DNA of 64,000 bases from Podospora anserina (GCA_017654855.1 CM030338.1:992001-1056000); one strand, 5' to 3'. Counted from the stretch's first letter, positions 34,801 to 48,763 are shown. A program made the numbers and translations. Notes: generated by a model from the letters alone, not told the origin.

Positions 34801-37750
34801 GTCCCAGTGAGCCTTCCGGTGCCCACATGTTCACCTCATCAACCCAGTTATCCACGAGCCCCGATGGACAGAGAATCAATGTCCTGGATCGCCGTAGTTT
34901 CTCCGGAATCTGTTCGACAACCGCGGGGTCATCGGACGCTGCTGCTTCGGCAATGACCACCAACAAAGTGATGACCTGCATTGTTTTGCCCAGACCCATG
35001 GTATGCGCAAGGAGGCAGCCCTGGCCACTCACCACAACCTGGTTCCACATGAAGCGCACACCATCGATTTGATGGTCTTTGATCCTGCTGCCGGTGTAAG
35101 CGTTGATAAAGATCAAAGGCTCGTCGTCTTTCTTTGTTTCGTTGACGATGAGTCGGGCCATGGTACTAGGCACGATGGCATTGGTAGCAATTTCTTCGTG
35201 TAACCGGCGCCGGCGGCGGCCAAACTCTACGAGCTGCTGCTGAGTAGTGACCCGTAGATTTTTGGCCTCTTGGTTAACTTTCTGTTTCCGTTTCCGTTTC
35301 TTCTTAGATAGCGGCACTTCTTCGTCGGATAACACTGCCTCAACTTCGTCGGCAAGGGTGAGCGTGGCGTCAGCCGGGTCTTGAGGCACCCCTCCTTCGG
35401 ATGGGTCTTGGGAAACCAATTCCTCGACTGGCTTCTCAGAGGCCGCCACTTGAGAAGGTTCACTTTTGATGGGCGTTTTGACTGCCGGAGACTTTGTGGG
35501 CGTGGTGGGCGCCAAAGACCTTGTGTGGCCAAAATGTGACTTTTCGGTCCTGAACAACACAAGCAACTTTTTCAAATGGTTGTAGAAGGTCTGAAATTTT
35601 ACACCAGCGCTTTGCTCAAGCTGCCTCAAGGTAATTTTTCGAATCGTTGTCCGGGCCAGCCTCTTTGCGGAGCACTCAAGAAACGCGTCAAACAGTTGAC
35701 AGAGTAGGAGTTCAGTTGTGCCAACCCTAGCAACTGTGCCATTGGTATCGATCACTGGCTTCAAGTGCTCTTCCCAAATCTCCTTATGTCCGAAAGGGCC
35801 GACCACTTTAAGGACCCTCTCCCTTTTCTCTTCAGTCCATTGACAAAGGATGGCTGCGAGAAGACGTTCGGCATCATTGGCCTTAGCCCAATAATCGGTG
35901 CCCATTTCGCCCATTTTTTCGAGGCTCAGTCGATCGGTGAATTCCGGGATCCCATCAGTAGGTGAGATCAAGGGTGAATCCTCAATTAGGATAACCTCTC
36001 GGGACGAAGCAAGCCGATGAGGTGTTGAGGGTGCAAGGGCCAGCTTGGTCTTGATTTTCCCCGGTGAAGAATCTTGCATATCGGTGTCGGGCTCTTGTAC
36101 AAAGTCGGATATAGGCTCAACTTCCATCAAGTCGTTTGAAATCATGACCTTGTCGTCGCTATCGTCCAAGAAGTCATCTGTCTCGGAGTCACTGCTGGCC
36201 AGATCCTCTTCATCTTCCGCTAACTCTTGTTGTTTCTTGGGCCGAGGCATTGGCCGAGGCAAAGCGGCAGGCTTGGGTGGGCGTCTCGGGCTCTCAAGCA
36301 CTCCAAGCAGCCAACACTGGTAGCATTTCTCGAAGACGCTCTGCTCCAAGTAGTCCGACGCCATCTTACGAAGCATCTCGTCAGACTTCCACTTCTCCGT
36401 CAAGATTTGCTTTCTGAACTTCGGGATGCGTTTCGCAGCCTCATCCTTGAGCTTTTTGATGGACTTGATGTAGGCTTCTCTATTTGGGTTCCGTCTTGCG
36501 CTCTCCCAAATGTTGTGCGCTCTTCGGTCCTGTTTGGGCTGTTGTTCAGCAACCCAACGCGCCTCGAGTTCCTTGATGACATCTGCAATGACAGCCTGGG
36601 CTTTATCGTTGCTCAACAGCGAAGCAGCTTCTTGCTGCCGTAGAACCTTCATCCTCTCTCGCTCTTCTTCTTCTTGCTGATATTCCTCCCATTCATCGGA
36701 ATCCATGCTCTCCTCATCGTCAGACTGACCAAAGACTGGCAACGGAGATTCTTCTCTTTCGTCCTGCGGAACTTCAAGGGTCCTCTGTGGCCGGACGGAG
36801 AGGTAGTGACGTTTCATGGCTCCCCAAACCTGTCTTCGACGCCCCGGGGGGTGATCGTGATAACCATGAGCAAAGTCCCCATTATCATCCACTTCATCTG
36901 AAGGATTCAGGCTGAGTATCTCGGCCGGGGTCAAGGATCCAGGATCGAGCCAGCATGGGGGGGCTTGATACCCAAAGATGGTTGTGAGCCTCGTGAAGGC
37001 ATCTCCCTCTGTAGGAGCAAGCACAGGTTTGGCATGCATGGGCTCTGACGATATCAGTGTAGGCGCTACTCTCCTCTTTTTCCGAGGCGGTTCTTCTGGG
37101 GCGATAGGTTGCTGTTCGACTACTGCCGGGCTTCCGTTGTCCGAAACACTATTAATGTCCATGGGTTCCGACCCTGCGATGCTGTTGTCCTCTGGGTTTT
37201 CGTTGATGTCTCCCAGACCTCCAATCCGCAGGTCCACAGCAGGTGATAGCGCTGGAGACAAAACACTACTTGGTCCTGATGCCCCAAGTTGAGAGGCAAT
37301 CGCAGCCTGCATTGCGCGATCCATATCCAGACGGGGCTTTGCATCTGAAGATCCTCTGGCTGGAGGCTCAAAGCTACTGGGCGGATGAGGCTCTCGCTTG
37401 ATGTAGGTACTGCCATGGTCATCCCCGTCATGTTGCTGACGTATGTAATCACGATACCCAGCACTTGATTCCTTGAGTTCATTGATGATATGCTGCAAGA
37501 ATTGTTGATGGGGCAATATCTTGATGCCCAATTCTGCAAACATGTTGTGAATGCCGAACTCTTCAGGGTAAGTTAGGAAAGATGCGCCATCGACCCCGCC
37601 CTCTCTGAGCTTCGCTTGAAGGGCGGCAAGGTCCAGAGGCCGCTTGGGGGCCCTTGCCCTCCATTGGCGATTCGAATGGCACAGTTCTTGTATGAGTCGC
37701 TCCTCATCCCACAAAAAGGGATCGTGTACGTCTTCCCCTTCCATGTTCAC
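31884..37750 (-). CDS. sad-6: SNF2-family ATRX/Rad54-like chromatin remodeller, probable SAD-6 ortholog; last intron about 32219-32129
   Basis: AHTMGLGKT Walker A (ATRX-type), DETH, TGSP, RLDG and QQAIGRAYRLGQ motifs; ~1900 aa with a SAM-like N-terminus. The ortholog name is inferred from size, family and my recollection of Neurospora synteny with ALAS and glutathione synthetase. Confidence 0.85.
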
Positions 37751-39221
37751 AACTGAACTGTCTGCTGCTCTATGTTAGACTTTGCATCTGTTCATGTGGC
37801 TTGGTGGCTTGATAGCTTGGATCAGAGAGAGTATAAATGGAGGTGCCTGTCACAAACAGGCCCAACAAAAGCTCTAGAGATGAATTTCAAAGACAAGGGA
37901 CCAATGGAGTTTACTCACCAGCATATTATTAATGATTGCTATGAACACCGCTCATAACCAGACCAAACGCCGTAACGATGCGAGCAGAGAAGAAAGAGGA
38001 ATCGGGGACGCTGAAATCAGAGAAAAAAGGTTCGACTTGCTTTCAAGCCACACAATAATCGATGGGAGACTATGGCTCTTTGGATGGGGGCAGGTTGGCG
38101 GTGATGCGATGATGATGGTGATAAATATGCGACTCTGTCAATCAAACGAAGGACCATGAGGTGTCGTGAGTCAAGTGAATTGTCGACTTGCTTCTCAGGT
38201 TCCTCACAACAGGATCTCAGAAGCAATATCGAGATGACGATAATCGCCGATAGGCAGTCGCGTGGTGGAGGTTGGTTGACGCGTGGAACGCGAATTTAGG
38301 GTTTGTAGTGGTCGAGAAGTGGTGACGGGTGGTCACGTTGATTGAAGTAACCCTGGAATATGGTGTCAGCATTCTATATTCATAATTAGGTTCGTGATTG
38401 CCTGCTTTGTGCGATAAGAGGTCTGTGCTCCGGCTCTCGATAACAATAGCAAGTATTTTTCAGGCAGGCAAATGCTCTCGAAGAGAGAGGAAATAATAAT
38501 ATTGTGAATATAAGTGGGTGCAAAGATCAATCACTGAAGTGAATAAATGGCTTCCAGTGTAAAGAACGACGCATGGGAGGCTTAAGATAGGTGTTAATCT
38601 AACACGCAGAGTGACTGTCTGGCAGCATGAGTCGCGAATAAGCTTCGATAAGGGAGGGGTAGCAAGTGAACATCAACTTACCCCGCCATGGTTGGTGAGG
38701 TGATGGTGGAAGGCGGGACCCTTGGTAAGGGCAGCAGCTGGGTGTAAAAGCTCGGACGAGGTTTCCAACTGGCAGGAGCACTCTACGGCTTCTCTTGGGT
38801 AAAGAGTTTTTGTAGTGTATATTTGCTGTGTTTAACTCCAAAAGGCCGAGTTGCTCTTGGGACGGCTCCGCGACCTCATGGGGACCCACACTCTCTCTTT
38901 TCTGGGGAACGCTGTTTGAGCAACCGCCGAACTTCGGGCGGCAACTCCATCCAGCAACGGCTTAAACCAGATACTTGGTATATGTCTGTTGGTAGATTGT
39001 GGAATACGGATGACTGTTTTCATCTCGTACTTTATCCTAGTCCAAGAACGAGTGATTTCTCCAATTTTCAGACGACCTGTCGATTGCAATATTTTGCTTT
39101 GTAAGCGCTTCAAACTGCCCCTTTCTCCTGCTCACGCCGATGTTACCATCGAGCACTTCTCAGTCCGCCACTGACAAAGTTCTTGGCCAAGCAAACACCA
39201 AGCATAGAAAGGAATTCCACC

Positions 39222-40907
39222 ATGACTTCAAACGCCCCCTATCCCCCAGCTCTAGATGCAGGTCTGGAGACAGAAAGACTGTCTCAGACTATCAAGGATT
39301 GGTCAATCGCCAATGGGCTTGCCGTCCGTCCTCCTCCTGCATTGGTAGGCCAGAATCAAGACCCTGAGGGAATTCTGGCCATCAATGCCCCTGTCACGCT
39401 TTTCCCAAGTCCATTCCCAAAAAGCTGCTTCGAGGAGGCAAAGGCAATCCAGACGAACTACAATGAGTTGTATGCTCGAATTAGTCAGGATGAGGAGTTT
39501 TTGGGCCGTCTTGTTCAAGAGTAAGCTGCCAACACAACTGTCGAGATATCGATCTTAATACTGACCATGTTAGGGTTGCCGGTGGTGATGATTTTATTGC
39601 CAAACTCTGGGAGATTCATCTCAAAGTAAAAGAGGAAGGCTATGTTCAGGTAGGTCGCTGTCTGGCTGGTGTAATGGCCCCTGCTAAAAACCGTGTGTTA
39701 GAACCTCTCTCTTGGTCTTTTCCGGTCAGACTACATGGTTCACCAAGACGGTGACCACCTCCAAATTAAACAGGTTGAGTTCAACACGATAGCCTCTTCC
39801 TTTGGAGGGCTCTCTGCTCAAACCTCGCTGCTCCATCAGTACCTATCCCCTTGCCACCTCAAGCACTCACTCACACATGATACTAACACCCGCTCCAGAC
39901 ACCTATCAAAAACAGAATACCCCCTCCTAACCACCCCCATCCCCCCCAACACCCTCAACCTCCCCCCCAACACCTCCGCCCACTCCCTCGCCGCCGGCCT
40001 CCGCGCCGCCTACGAAGCCTACGGGCCCTCAATCCTCAACCACCCAACCTGCATCCTTTTCATCGTCCAAGACGGCGAACGCAACATCTTCGACCAACGC
40101 CACCTAGAATACTCCCTCCAACAATCCTCCATCCCCGTCTTCCGCCTCCCCTTCTCCCAACTCCTAACCCACACCACCCTCTCCCCCACCCCCCTCCGCC
40201 AACTCCTCTACCACCTCCCCCACAACCCCTCCCAAATCTTCGAAGTAGCCGTCACCTACCTCCGCGCAGGCTACGGACCAAACGACTACCCCGCCCCCTC
40301 ATCCTGGCTCGCCCGCCGCAGAATCGAAACCTCCAACACGATCCCCTGTCCCACAATCCTAACCCAGCTAGCCGGCATGAAAAAGGTACAACAAGTCCTC
40401 GCCACCCCTCCCGGCCCTTCCACCCTCGCCAAATTCATCCCCGACGAAGAAAAATCTTCCGCGTTGTGGAGGACTTTCACAAACATCTACCCCCTGGACA
40501 GCTCCTCCCCCGCAGGGAGGGAAGCCCGGCGCCTGGCCACCGACCCGAAAGAGTGTCTAAAGTACGTCATGAAGCCCCAGAGGGAAGGCGGCGGAAACAA
40601 CTTTTACAAGGGCGCCATCCCGGAGCAGCTGAAGAAGGTGCCCGAGGAGCACTGGAATAGTTTTATTCTGATGGAGCTCATCACGCCGCCCGCGGTGCAG
40701 AATACCATCCTGAGACAGGGGAAGCTGGAGCAGGGGGGCGTGATTTGCGAGTTGGGGGTGTACGGGACTTGTTTGTGGGATCAGAAGACCGGCCAAGTCA
40801 AACACAACGAAGAGGCGGGTTACCTACTAAGGACAAAGGGGGATCAGAGCGAGGAGGGGGGTGTGGCGGCTGGGTTTGGGTGCATGGATTCTGTTGCTTT
40901 GGTGTAG
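39222..40907 (+). CDS. GSH2: Glutathione synthetase; 4 exons
   Basis: APVTLFPSPFP, LGLFRSDYM, KQVEFNTIASSFGGL, KPQREGGGNN and EGGVAAGFG motifs. Confidence 0.97.
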
Positions 40908-41165
40908 ACCTTCGAGTGTGAATAGCAGCCTCCAAGGACATAAAGATGCAATATAGTTGTATTCAACATAGAGACAGGACTAAACAATGTTCATTCCACC
41001 TACCTCCCTTCACCCATCACTGCCTGTGTACCTAATTATATTCTTATACTTCAGCTTTTCCGGACCCTTTCACCAAACTAGCACCCCAACCAAGCAATAA
41101 CAATATCCCAATCTTTCAAACGCACCCCCTCCCACCCTCATATCCCAGCCCACTCCCAACCGCAC

Positions 41166-43247
41166 TCATCCCCACCGACCAACTACTCCCAAAACTCGAC
41201 CCGTTCCCTCCTGACCCCCCTCCGTCCCAGCTCCCCCCTCCCTAGTCAAATCAGTACTAATCACCAAATCATCCTTCCCCCTCAAATGCAACACAATCGT
41301 CAACCCTTGAATCCCAACATCATCATCCTCATCCCCTGCCACCATCACCGTCCCCGTCCCCGCAGGACCTGTTGCAGTCCCCCCAACACTACTCCTCTCT
41401 CGCCGGCCTCCTCCACCAAGCCGGTTACTCCCATCAATCGTAGCCTCACTCGTCGCCTTTGAAGCAGCCCTAGCCCCAGCCCCAGCCCCAGCAGCCATAC
41501 TCATATTCACAGAAGACGGCACCTTCCAAAACCCAGACGACCCATGAGAATGATGCTGTTGCTGACCACCAGACTGCTGCTGCTGCTGTCCAGGAGGAAA
41601 AGGATAACTCCTCAGCTGTTGTTCTTGTTGTTTCTGTCCCTCACCCCGTCTCCCAAGCCCCCCAGGCGACACCTGCGAGTTTGATCCTTGCCGTGCATCT
41701 CCATCACCACCAGGTCTCACCACAGTAACAGTAGCAGTGGAATCCGTCGTACCCCTCCCCTCCTTCTTCTTTCCCCCCAGTGACTGCTGACCCAACTGCG
41801 GACTACTCTTCGTCTTGCTCGAATCCAACCCCACCTTTTTCAATCTCCCAGCAATACTCCCCGGTTGAGCGGCCACCGAAGCAGCAGAAGCAGCAGAAGA
41901 AGAAGAAAAGGGGCCAGTGCCCTTGAGCCAGGCAGGCGGGCTAGTAACTCTAGCACGAGGAATAGACTTGCCACTGCTCTTACGACCTCCCCCAGTCTCC
42001 ATCCCACTATTGTCCTGAGCAGAACCACCACTGTCCACATCCACCTGAAGAACCTGCTGCAATGCCCCGGACTTATTTGTCTGAGCAAGAACCTTGACCC
42101 GTCTCAAAACAGGAGGCGTAGTCCTCTCCTTTTCCCGTCTCGCCTGTTGGTGCAAGACGTGAGCTCTATCATTGGACGCCTGAAATGTCGGAGAAGGCGT
42201 AGTAGGATCTGGCTCCCGATCCGGGCGGTGAACATGAGGACCATCCTTGGCCTGCAGAGCAGCAGTCCTTTCCTCCTCCCTCTCTTCAGCGGCAGCAAGC
42301 ATACGTGCACTATTGCTTGGAACTCCAGGTGAGGGGGGCGGGACAACCGACGAGCCCCTTGACGAGCTAGCATAACTGTGTGACAGTCTCTCAGGGTGGG
42401 GCTCCCTCTGGCTCTGTTGAATCCGGGGATGTTCGACAGCGTCAGTCGGAGCAACAGGTACACGACGCTTGCGGTCAACAACAGTGGTAAGATCATACTT
42501 GGGCAGCTTCGAGACAGGAGGCATGGCAACGACAGGAATAGTTGTGCTGCTGACTTGGGGATCCGAAACCTTTCTGGCAATCTGGTCGGCAATGACGAAC
42601 GGATTCGTCTTCTGTCATTGCTGTCAGCATATCCCTAACCAAAAGTAAAGAAACAAACCTACCACGGGCCGCCTCTTCTCAACAGCAATGATCTCCCCAT
42701 TCGACTTCCTGACAACCTCCACCAAGCCCCCTCCCTCCCCATCAGGCGTCATAGCAGCAGCAGGTGAAGGCAATCCAGTAGCAACAGCCACACTCACCCT
42801 TTCAACCTCGTCCCCTACCCTCCCCCGTCCATGCTTCTCACTACCACCATCCCCATTCGCACTTCCCATCTCCTGTCTATTCTGCGGAGAAGGTTCCTTC
42901 CTGCACCTCCCACACAAAGGATGCCCACAAGAAGGACAATACAACTGCGGCCTAACTCTGTCTCCACAAACATGACAAACCGTCACTGCCGGCTCCCTTG
43001 ATCTTCCCCTCATATCCTTTTGGTCTCGATCTTCTCCTCCTCTTCCTCCCATGTTCTCCATCTCTCGATCAAGGTACAGACCGGCATCATGACTGTCAGC
43101 CTCATCCTCAGACAACTAGCCCGACGGTCTGGAAATATTGTACTGCTCAAACAGCTCCATGGCAGCGATCCTCCGCCCGCTCTGGGATGTCCCACCGCTG
43201 ACGAAGCTTGCCAGCGAAGGCTCCGAGATCTCGCGAGGGCGTGGCAT
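41166..43247 (-). CDS. Fungal protein with a Cys-rich module and C-terminal GLTIVLHLRGKDDLVISTDL motif, interrupted by an in-frame TAG at 43116-43118; a further upstream exon from 43710 is possible
   Basis: MPRPREIS...LFEQYNISRPSG*LSEDE...CHVC...CPSCGHPLCGRC; intron 42662-42612 (GTAGGT...GCTGAC...CAG) joins in frame to ORF 41166..42524. Confidence 0.7.
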
Positions 43248-44171
43248 CTTTTCTTTAACCTCAGGCACCGAGGGAAGAGGAGGTTGTTCTTGTTGTTGTT
43301 TTTGGTGAGAGCTTGAAGCAGGGCGGACAGTAACCCTGATGGAAAGGGTACAAGAGCTATGGTTACCCGGCCGGTCGAAGCAGGCTTCCGATGCGCCTTG
43401 TTGCTGTGTATCCCAGTAGAGCGTCAGTAAAAAAAACACAAAACCAACACGCTGGAAAAAGAGGTCAACAAACAAGTTCACCCTGCCTATCCCTCGTACT
43501 CAGCAAACGATCCGACCTCGATACGCCTCGCTCAAGCAATGGCTGAGATGTCCGCGTCTTTGTCGTGCCTTCAGGGACAGCAGGGGACTTTTGTTGATGT
43601 TCTCGCTGAATCGGCACTAGTCGGTCTTCCGTCTTCCCTAACCTGGGGCTCGAGCGGCTGTTGGCAGGCGAGGGCGTGGCAATGCGAGAAAATGATGGAA
43701 AATAAAGCATCACAGTATTCGTCAGCCAGTAACATAAACACACTATAAAGTATGCTGGCGTCGAAATGGATGCCTTGTAGCGAATATCCGGTAACCAGCT
43801 GGTGTGCCCGGATTCCGTCAAGAATGAAAAGATGTTGTGGTTTTAGGATATACGGAAGGATGTTTGCAAGAGAAGATTCAGAGAGCAGGTCCACCTCCGG
43901 ATTTTTGGGAAGCCAAACTACCACTCCGCGCTCTGACATAACGGGCAAGAAAGACCCAGACAAATGGGCCGGCATAGCACTACCCCTACTCAACAGATAA
44001 TAAGCAATGGCAACCGCGATCAACTCAGCAACTACCTAGCACATGCAACCTCGGGCCGCCTCTAACCCCCAAGACGATAACAGTCCGGCTCATGAAGCAT
44101 CTCTTGGACTAGATAGGGAATCTTTTGGATGACGTATTCTACAGGGAGGGTTTATTGGTGGGGTTGTACAT

Positions 44172-44978
44172 CTACTTGAGGTGGGCCTGGAGAGTCTCGA
44201 GGACCTAGAACAGCAGTTAGTTAGCACCTTGTAAACCAAAATCACCTAGAATCAAACCAACCTCAAGCTCAATCTTGGCCTCGGCAATCTCCTGCTCGCT
44301 GCCGCTGCCACTGGCAACCTTTTGCGCCTCAGCAATCTGGCTGCGGACAGCCTCGGCGCTGAAGTCCTCAAGGGGGAAGCCCTCGACGGCGTTGATGCTC
44401 AGAACGGAGTTGGGCTGAACAACGGCAAAACCACCGGAAACTAGAATCGTTCTCTCGTGTGAGCTTCCAGTCCTTTTTTTCTGCCCTTTTCTATCCGAGC
44501 TCCAATGTTTCGAGGTGATGGGCGGTACGTACGGAAGAACTGCTTGTTGCCACTCTCCTCAATGATCTCGACGACACCGGGCTTCAGCTGCTCGATCGAA
44601 GGAACGTGGTTGGCGAGGACACCCATCTCACCCGACTCGGCGGGGATGTTGACCTGGACGACATCCTGGGACTTGTAGACGGCCTGTTATGCGGCATAAA
44701 CATCAGCGGCCTCGCTCGAAAACATGTTGATATCCCTCCAATCGACCAAGAAACATTCGGGGTGCTGTCCGTCGTCATCGTACCTGGTGGGGAAGCGACA
44801 AGCTAAGCTTGATCTGTAGGGAATAAGTTAGATAATGTTAAAGCGCGCGGTTCCTGGAGGGGCAGTAGAGACATACCTTGTCGCTGACGGCCTCGGCGTA
44901 GCCTCTGCGCTGGACGGGGGCGCGGAGAAGAGCCGGGCGAGCCCGAATGGCGGCGCGGGCAATGCGAAGGGAGTTCAT
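44172..44978 (-). CDS. ATP16: Mitochondrial ATP synthase F1 delta subunit; multi-exon
   Basis: MNSLRIARAA presequence, QVNIPAESGEMGVLANHVPSIEQLKPG, SGGFAVVQPNS and EAKIELEVLETLQAHLK*. Confidence 0.96.
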
Positions 44979-47900
44979 GGTGATGGCGGCGGTCTCAATG
45001 GGTCAAGTCCTTCTCGATATGTCGTCGGCTCTCCAGCTTTGCCCAAAATCCGGCGATTGACTGGAACCAATGGAACCGGGATTGTCCGGTTCGGCTACGC
45101 GGAAACGTTTTTGCGGGGCTTGAGGTGGGAGGTGGAGAGGAGAGCGCTTGCTGAGCTCAGCCAAGCTTGCACAAGTTCAGATGATTGCATAAATTACGGG
45201 TAGATGCATATACACTTCAAGGTTGATGGGACTGTCCATCGTGGTGCATCATCAACACCTTTATGACCAGAAACCTCACTTGACTGACTTGCTGAAGTCC
45301 CAAAGTGCTGGCCAGGCAAGAACCGCATATTCTAGCCCTTTTTTGCCAGTATATCCCTCAGAGCACAACATGAAGCCCTAAAAACCTTCCTTGGACGTTG
45401 TGCAACAACCAACATGCCTTCTAGTCTCAGTGGCTGATGAGCAGAGCAAATTGTCCGGCCACGCCGCAGAAGATTCACTCAACCAACCGTTGTATTCCCC
45501 CCAACCGATCTCCAAAAATCACAAGCTGGCGGTTGCTGTCAACAAGAGAGAGCTCGCTGTCAGTTCCCCCGAAGCCGCGATTCAGCACCATCCCCACCCG
45601 TAGCTCATGCCCTGACTGACCTTCTCAACATCATCCCATGGATGTGATGCCTTCATGCTGCCGCTGTGATGCACCGAGCTTTCTACGTTTTAAATCCCTC
45701 AAAACCATCCGCTAAAAAACCGGGTACCCGCGTCTTACTGTCTAGCTGTCAAGAACCATAACCTGGAAGGCGTATCCATGCTAATACGTACCCGGACCCG
45801 GTTTCCGCTTGGAGGTTGGGAAAGGGTTCATCCTGTGCACGGCAGTTTGCATCATCGGTCAAGGATGGGAGAGCAACGTGATCCCAGAGGGAGGTTTAGG
45901 GCTTGACGTAGATAGTTTTGATGTGGTTTCATGTCGTGAGTGAGATGCAAGCACATGATGATGGAAACTGGACGCGGGCAAAATTGGCCTAATAAAATTT
46001 CAGGTCAAGATAACGTACAGATACAGATGGGATTTCGGGGGTTTACCAAGACCGGGGAAATGCCATGCTTGGGTTAGAAGATGTGGGATGTTTGACCTGA
46101 AGATGGAATGGGGACCACACCAACAAACATGTCAGCTGCTCAATTCCGAGGTAAGAAGAGACGTCTCAGAAATGGTCCCCCACCACAGGCCCTTCGGGTA
46201 CTCCCACCTTTTGTGTTTCTGTTCATCCGATGTGATCTGCGGAAGAATCCGAGTTGTTATTAAGGTATACTGTGCTTCCCCGGAAGTGGCAGGTCAGAAG
46301 TAAGTAGTTTCCCTAACCCATCAGCAAGCATACATACCAACCTATCCACGTGGTTTGTCTTCCCCCCCCCCCCTGTGTCACGCAAAGGTGGTTACAAAGT
46401 GTGGTCTGTTCTTTGTGTTGCATGTGTGACACCCAAGAAAACGTCTGTCTTTTTTGCGGCCCAACTCTGGGCTTGAACTTTCCGTTTTCTTGAAGGTTCG
46501 ATGTTGTGTGATGTGTGACCCAGCGACCCCACCTGGTGATGAATGAGTAGTGAAGTAGAGTCAATCGCATGACCACTCTTTGGTTGGTCATTTTCTTTGT
46601 AGCCCAGGCTTGGTTCCTGAACCCCAAAACCAACTAGACAATGAGGAGACAAAAGAACTGCCCTTTTTAGGTAGTTTTCTTCTTTGATGTTTTGGCTGGC
46701 TGCCACATGGAGAACACGGGAGATCGGAATAGGGCCATAGCGATACCGGCCGTGAAATGGCCCCGAGCTTGAGGCTATGGTTTTTAACTTTTATTATTGT
46801 TCGGGCTTCGCCGAAGAAACTAAACGGCCCGTAGCCAGTAGTCTTTTGTTTATTTGGTCGATACGTCACTTTATGGGGTTCTTTTTGGTCCGTAGGGAGC
46901 TCCCGTCTGCATGAGCCGTTTACGATTGCGATGCCGTGTAAGCCGGATGGCATCGTACGTCTTTCCTGTGCTTGGATAACAAATTCCACCACTCTTAGAA
47001 ATGTGTCGTCGTCGTCGTCTTCTGTGTGGCTTTTGGGCGATCCCAATGAGGGGCACCGTTTTGAGGTTGGAATTACGGGCCACAAGCAACAACAAAAAAA
47101 AACCTATGGGCTCGGTGACATTGCGCCTTAACAGCTTTAGCGGCACAGGTATCAGGTTTCATAGCAGAGACATATCGACGTTGGTTCCCTTCGGGTTGCC
47201 GTTTGTAGTCGTGTCATCGTCTGAATGAAAGATTACCCCACGCTATCTGATGGTCGTAGCACTGCGGGGTAGTTGAGGGTGGTTGTTTCTGTGTCTTCGG
47301 GCCGGGTGAAGTTGCTTGCCTGCCCCGGACTACAAGCCTCTGAGATTTGGAGATTGGGTTCCTTTCGCTTCTGGCGCGTGCAAATGCGCAATCAATCTCT
47401 GGCCGCTCGCGCTATCGTGTCGTCGGCGAACTGGAGGCAGGGAGGTTGGGTTCGTTGATCACGGTATCGCCTTGGTCCAATCATCCAGCGCCCTCTTGTG
47501 CATCTTGGCGGGGTAAGGAGATGGTGTTGTGAGCTGCAGGTATTCAGCGTCAACGGTTACCTACCATTCCATTTACGCTCAAGCGCGCGGGTTGGACTAT
47601 TACGAATGTCGCTGAATAGTGCTCTGAGTTGCATCTGCTTCGTCACGGGTGTCAGACTGAGGGAGCATTCCAAGTTCTATCTCTGCTAGTCAGCTTCACT
47701 TTGAGCTGCCTGAGCAATAAGGAAGCGTGGGTTAGCGACGGAGTGAGCCAGCAAACTCTGCGCTGGCGAATCCTCAATTCCAATAGAGGCACGCAAAATA
47801 GGAGGATAGAGATTGGAGGAACAAGTCAAGCGAGTAAACCCCCACGACAAATGGTAGCCCGAGCCGTTCGGCCTCCCACTCTTGGAGTTGCATCCAAGGT

Positions 47901-48763
47901 GGACATGGCGCCATTTCCCCAGACTTCATCGTCACTTTTTGATGGATGGACATGCTGTTTACCGACCGTGCCGACGTGGGAGAGGTGCCGGCCTATTGTT
48001 CTCACGAGTCTACTCGTTGTACCAGTTGATCAGACTTCGGTGGTGGATGGATGTGCATGTCAGGAAATTCGATATCTGACTGGAAAGGTTGTGTTGCTGA
48101 GTGATACGATTACTCGGTGCCGGGGTACACAGCATGGCACAGCATGAAATTACAGGAATAGCTCATGTTTTGCCGTCTGGTGCCAATTCTGGTTAGCCTT
48201 GACCCGCTGTTTTCGGCACCCGCAACTGCCTTCCAGAGGGACTCTAAGCTCGGGCTACTAAAGTAACTGCTAAAGTTTTTTTGGCGGGAATAAATTTATT
48301 CTAGAATAAAGTACAAAGTAAAGAGTAATAAATTAAACTAATTAGAAGACTCTATATTTACTGATAAAAAATACTAAAAGTGATGATAAAATAAAGTGTA
48401 AAGCCATGATCAATTTTTAGGAAAAGAAGACTTAGTTTTGTAGGTGTGCCTTTTGGAGAGGTACGCTGCAAAGTAACGTGAATACCCTATTTGCTCAACT
48501 AGATCAAAGCGAGGCAACTGCAAAGTGAGGCCTACATAGTCCAAGAAGCTCAAACTAGCTTAACTATTGAAATGGTAAGAAAACACACAAAATAACTACA
48601 ATACCACAAATATATCCTTAACAGGTCTCTGAATAAAGACACCTGCGTGACAGTGACTTGCTCGCAGGCCGCACTTCACGTAAGACAAAGAAAAGACGCT
48701 ATAGGCTCGCAGGCCACGTAATAAGTACCGGATTGGCTTGATTAGAGGGCCAGGATTGCCTGC

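Noticed and set aside
19584-44978. ADE13-HEM1-GSH2-ATP16 as a metabolic gene cluster
   Set aside because: These are unrelated primary pathways with no backbone enzyme; ordinary synteny explains the arrangement.
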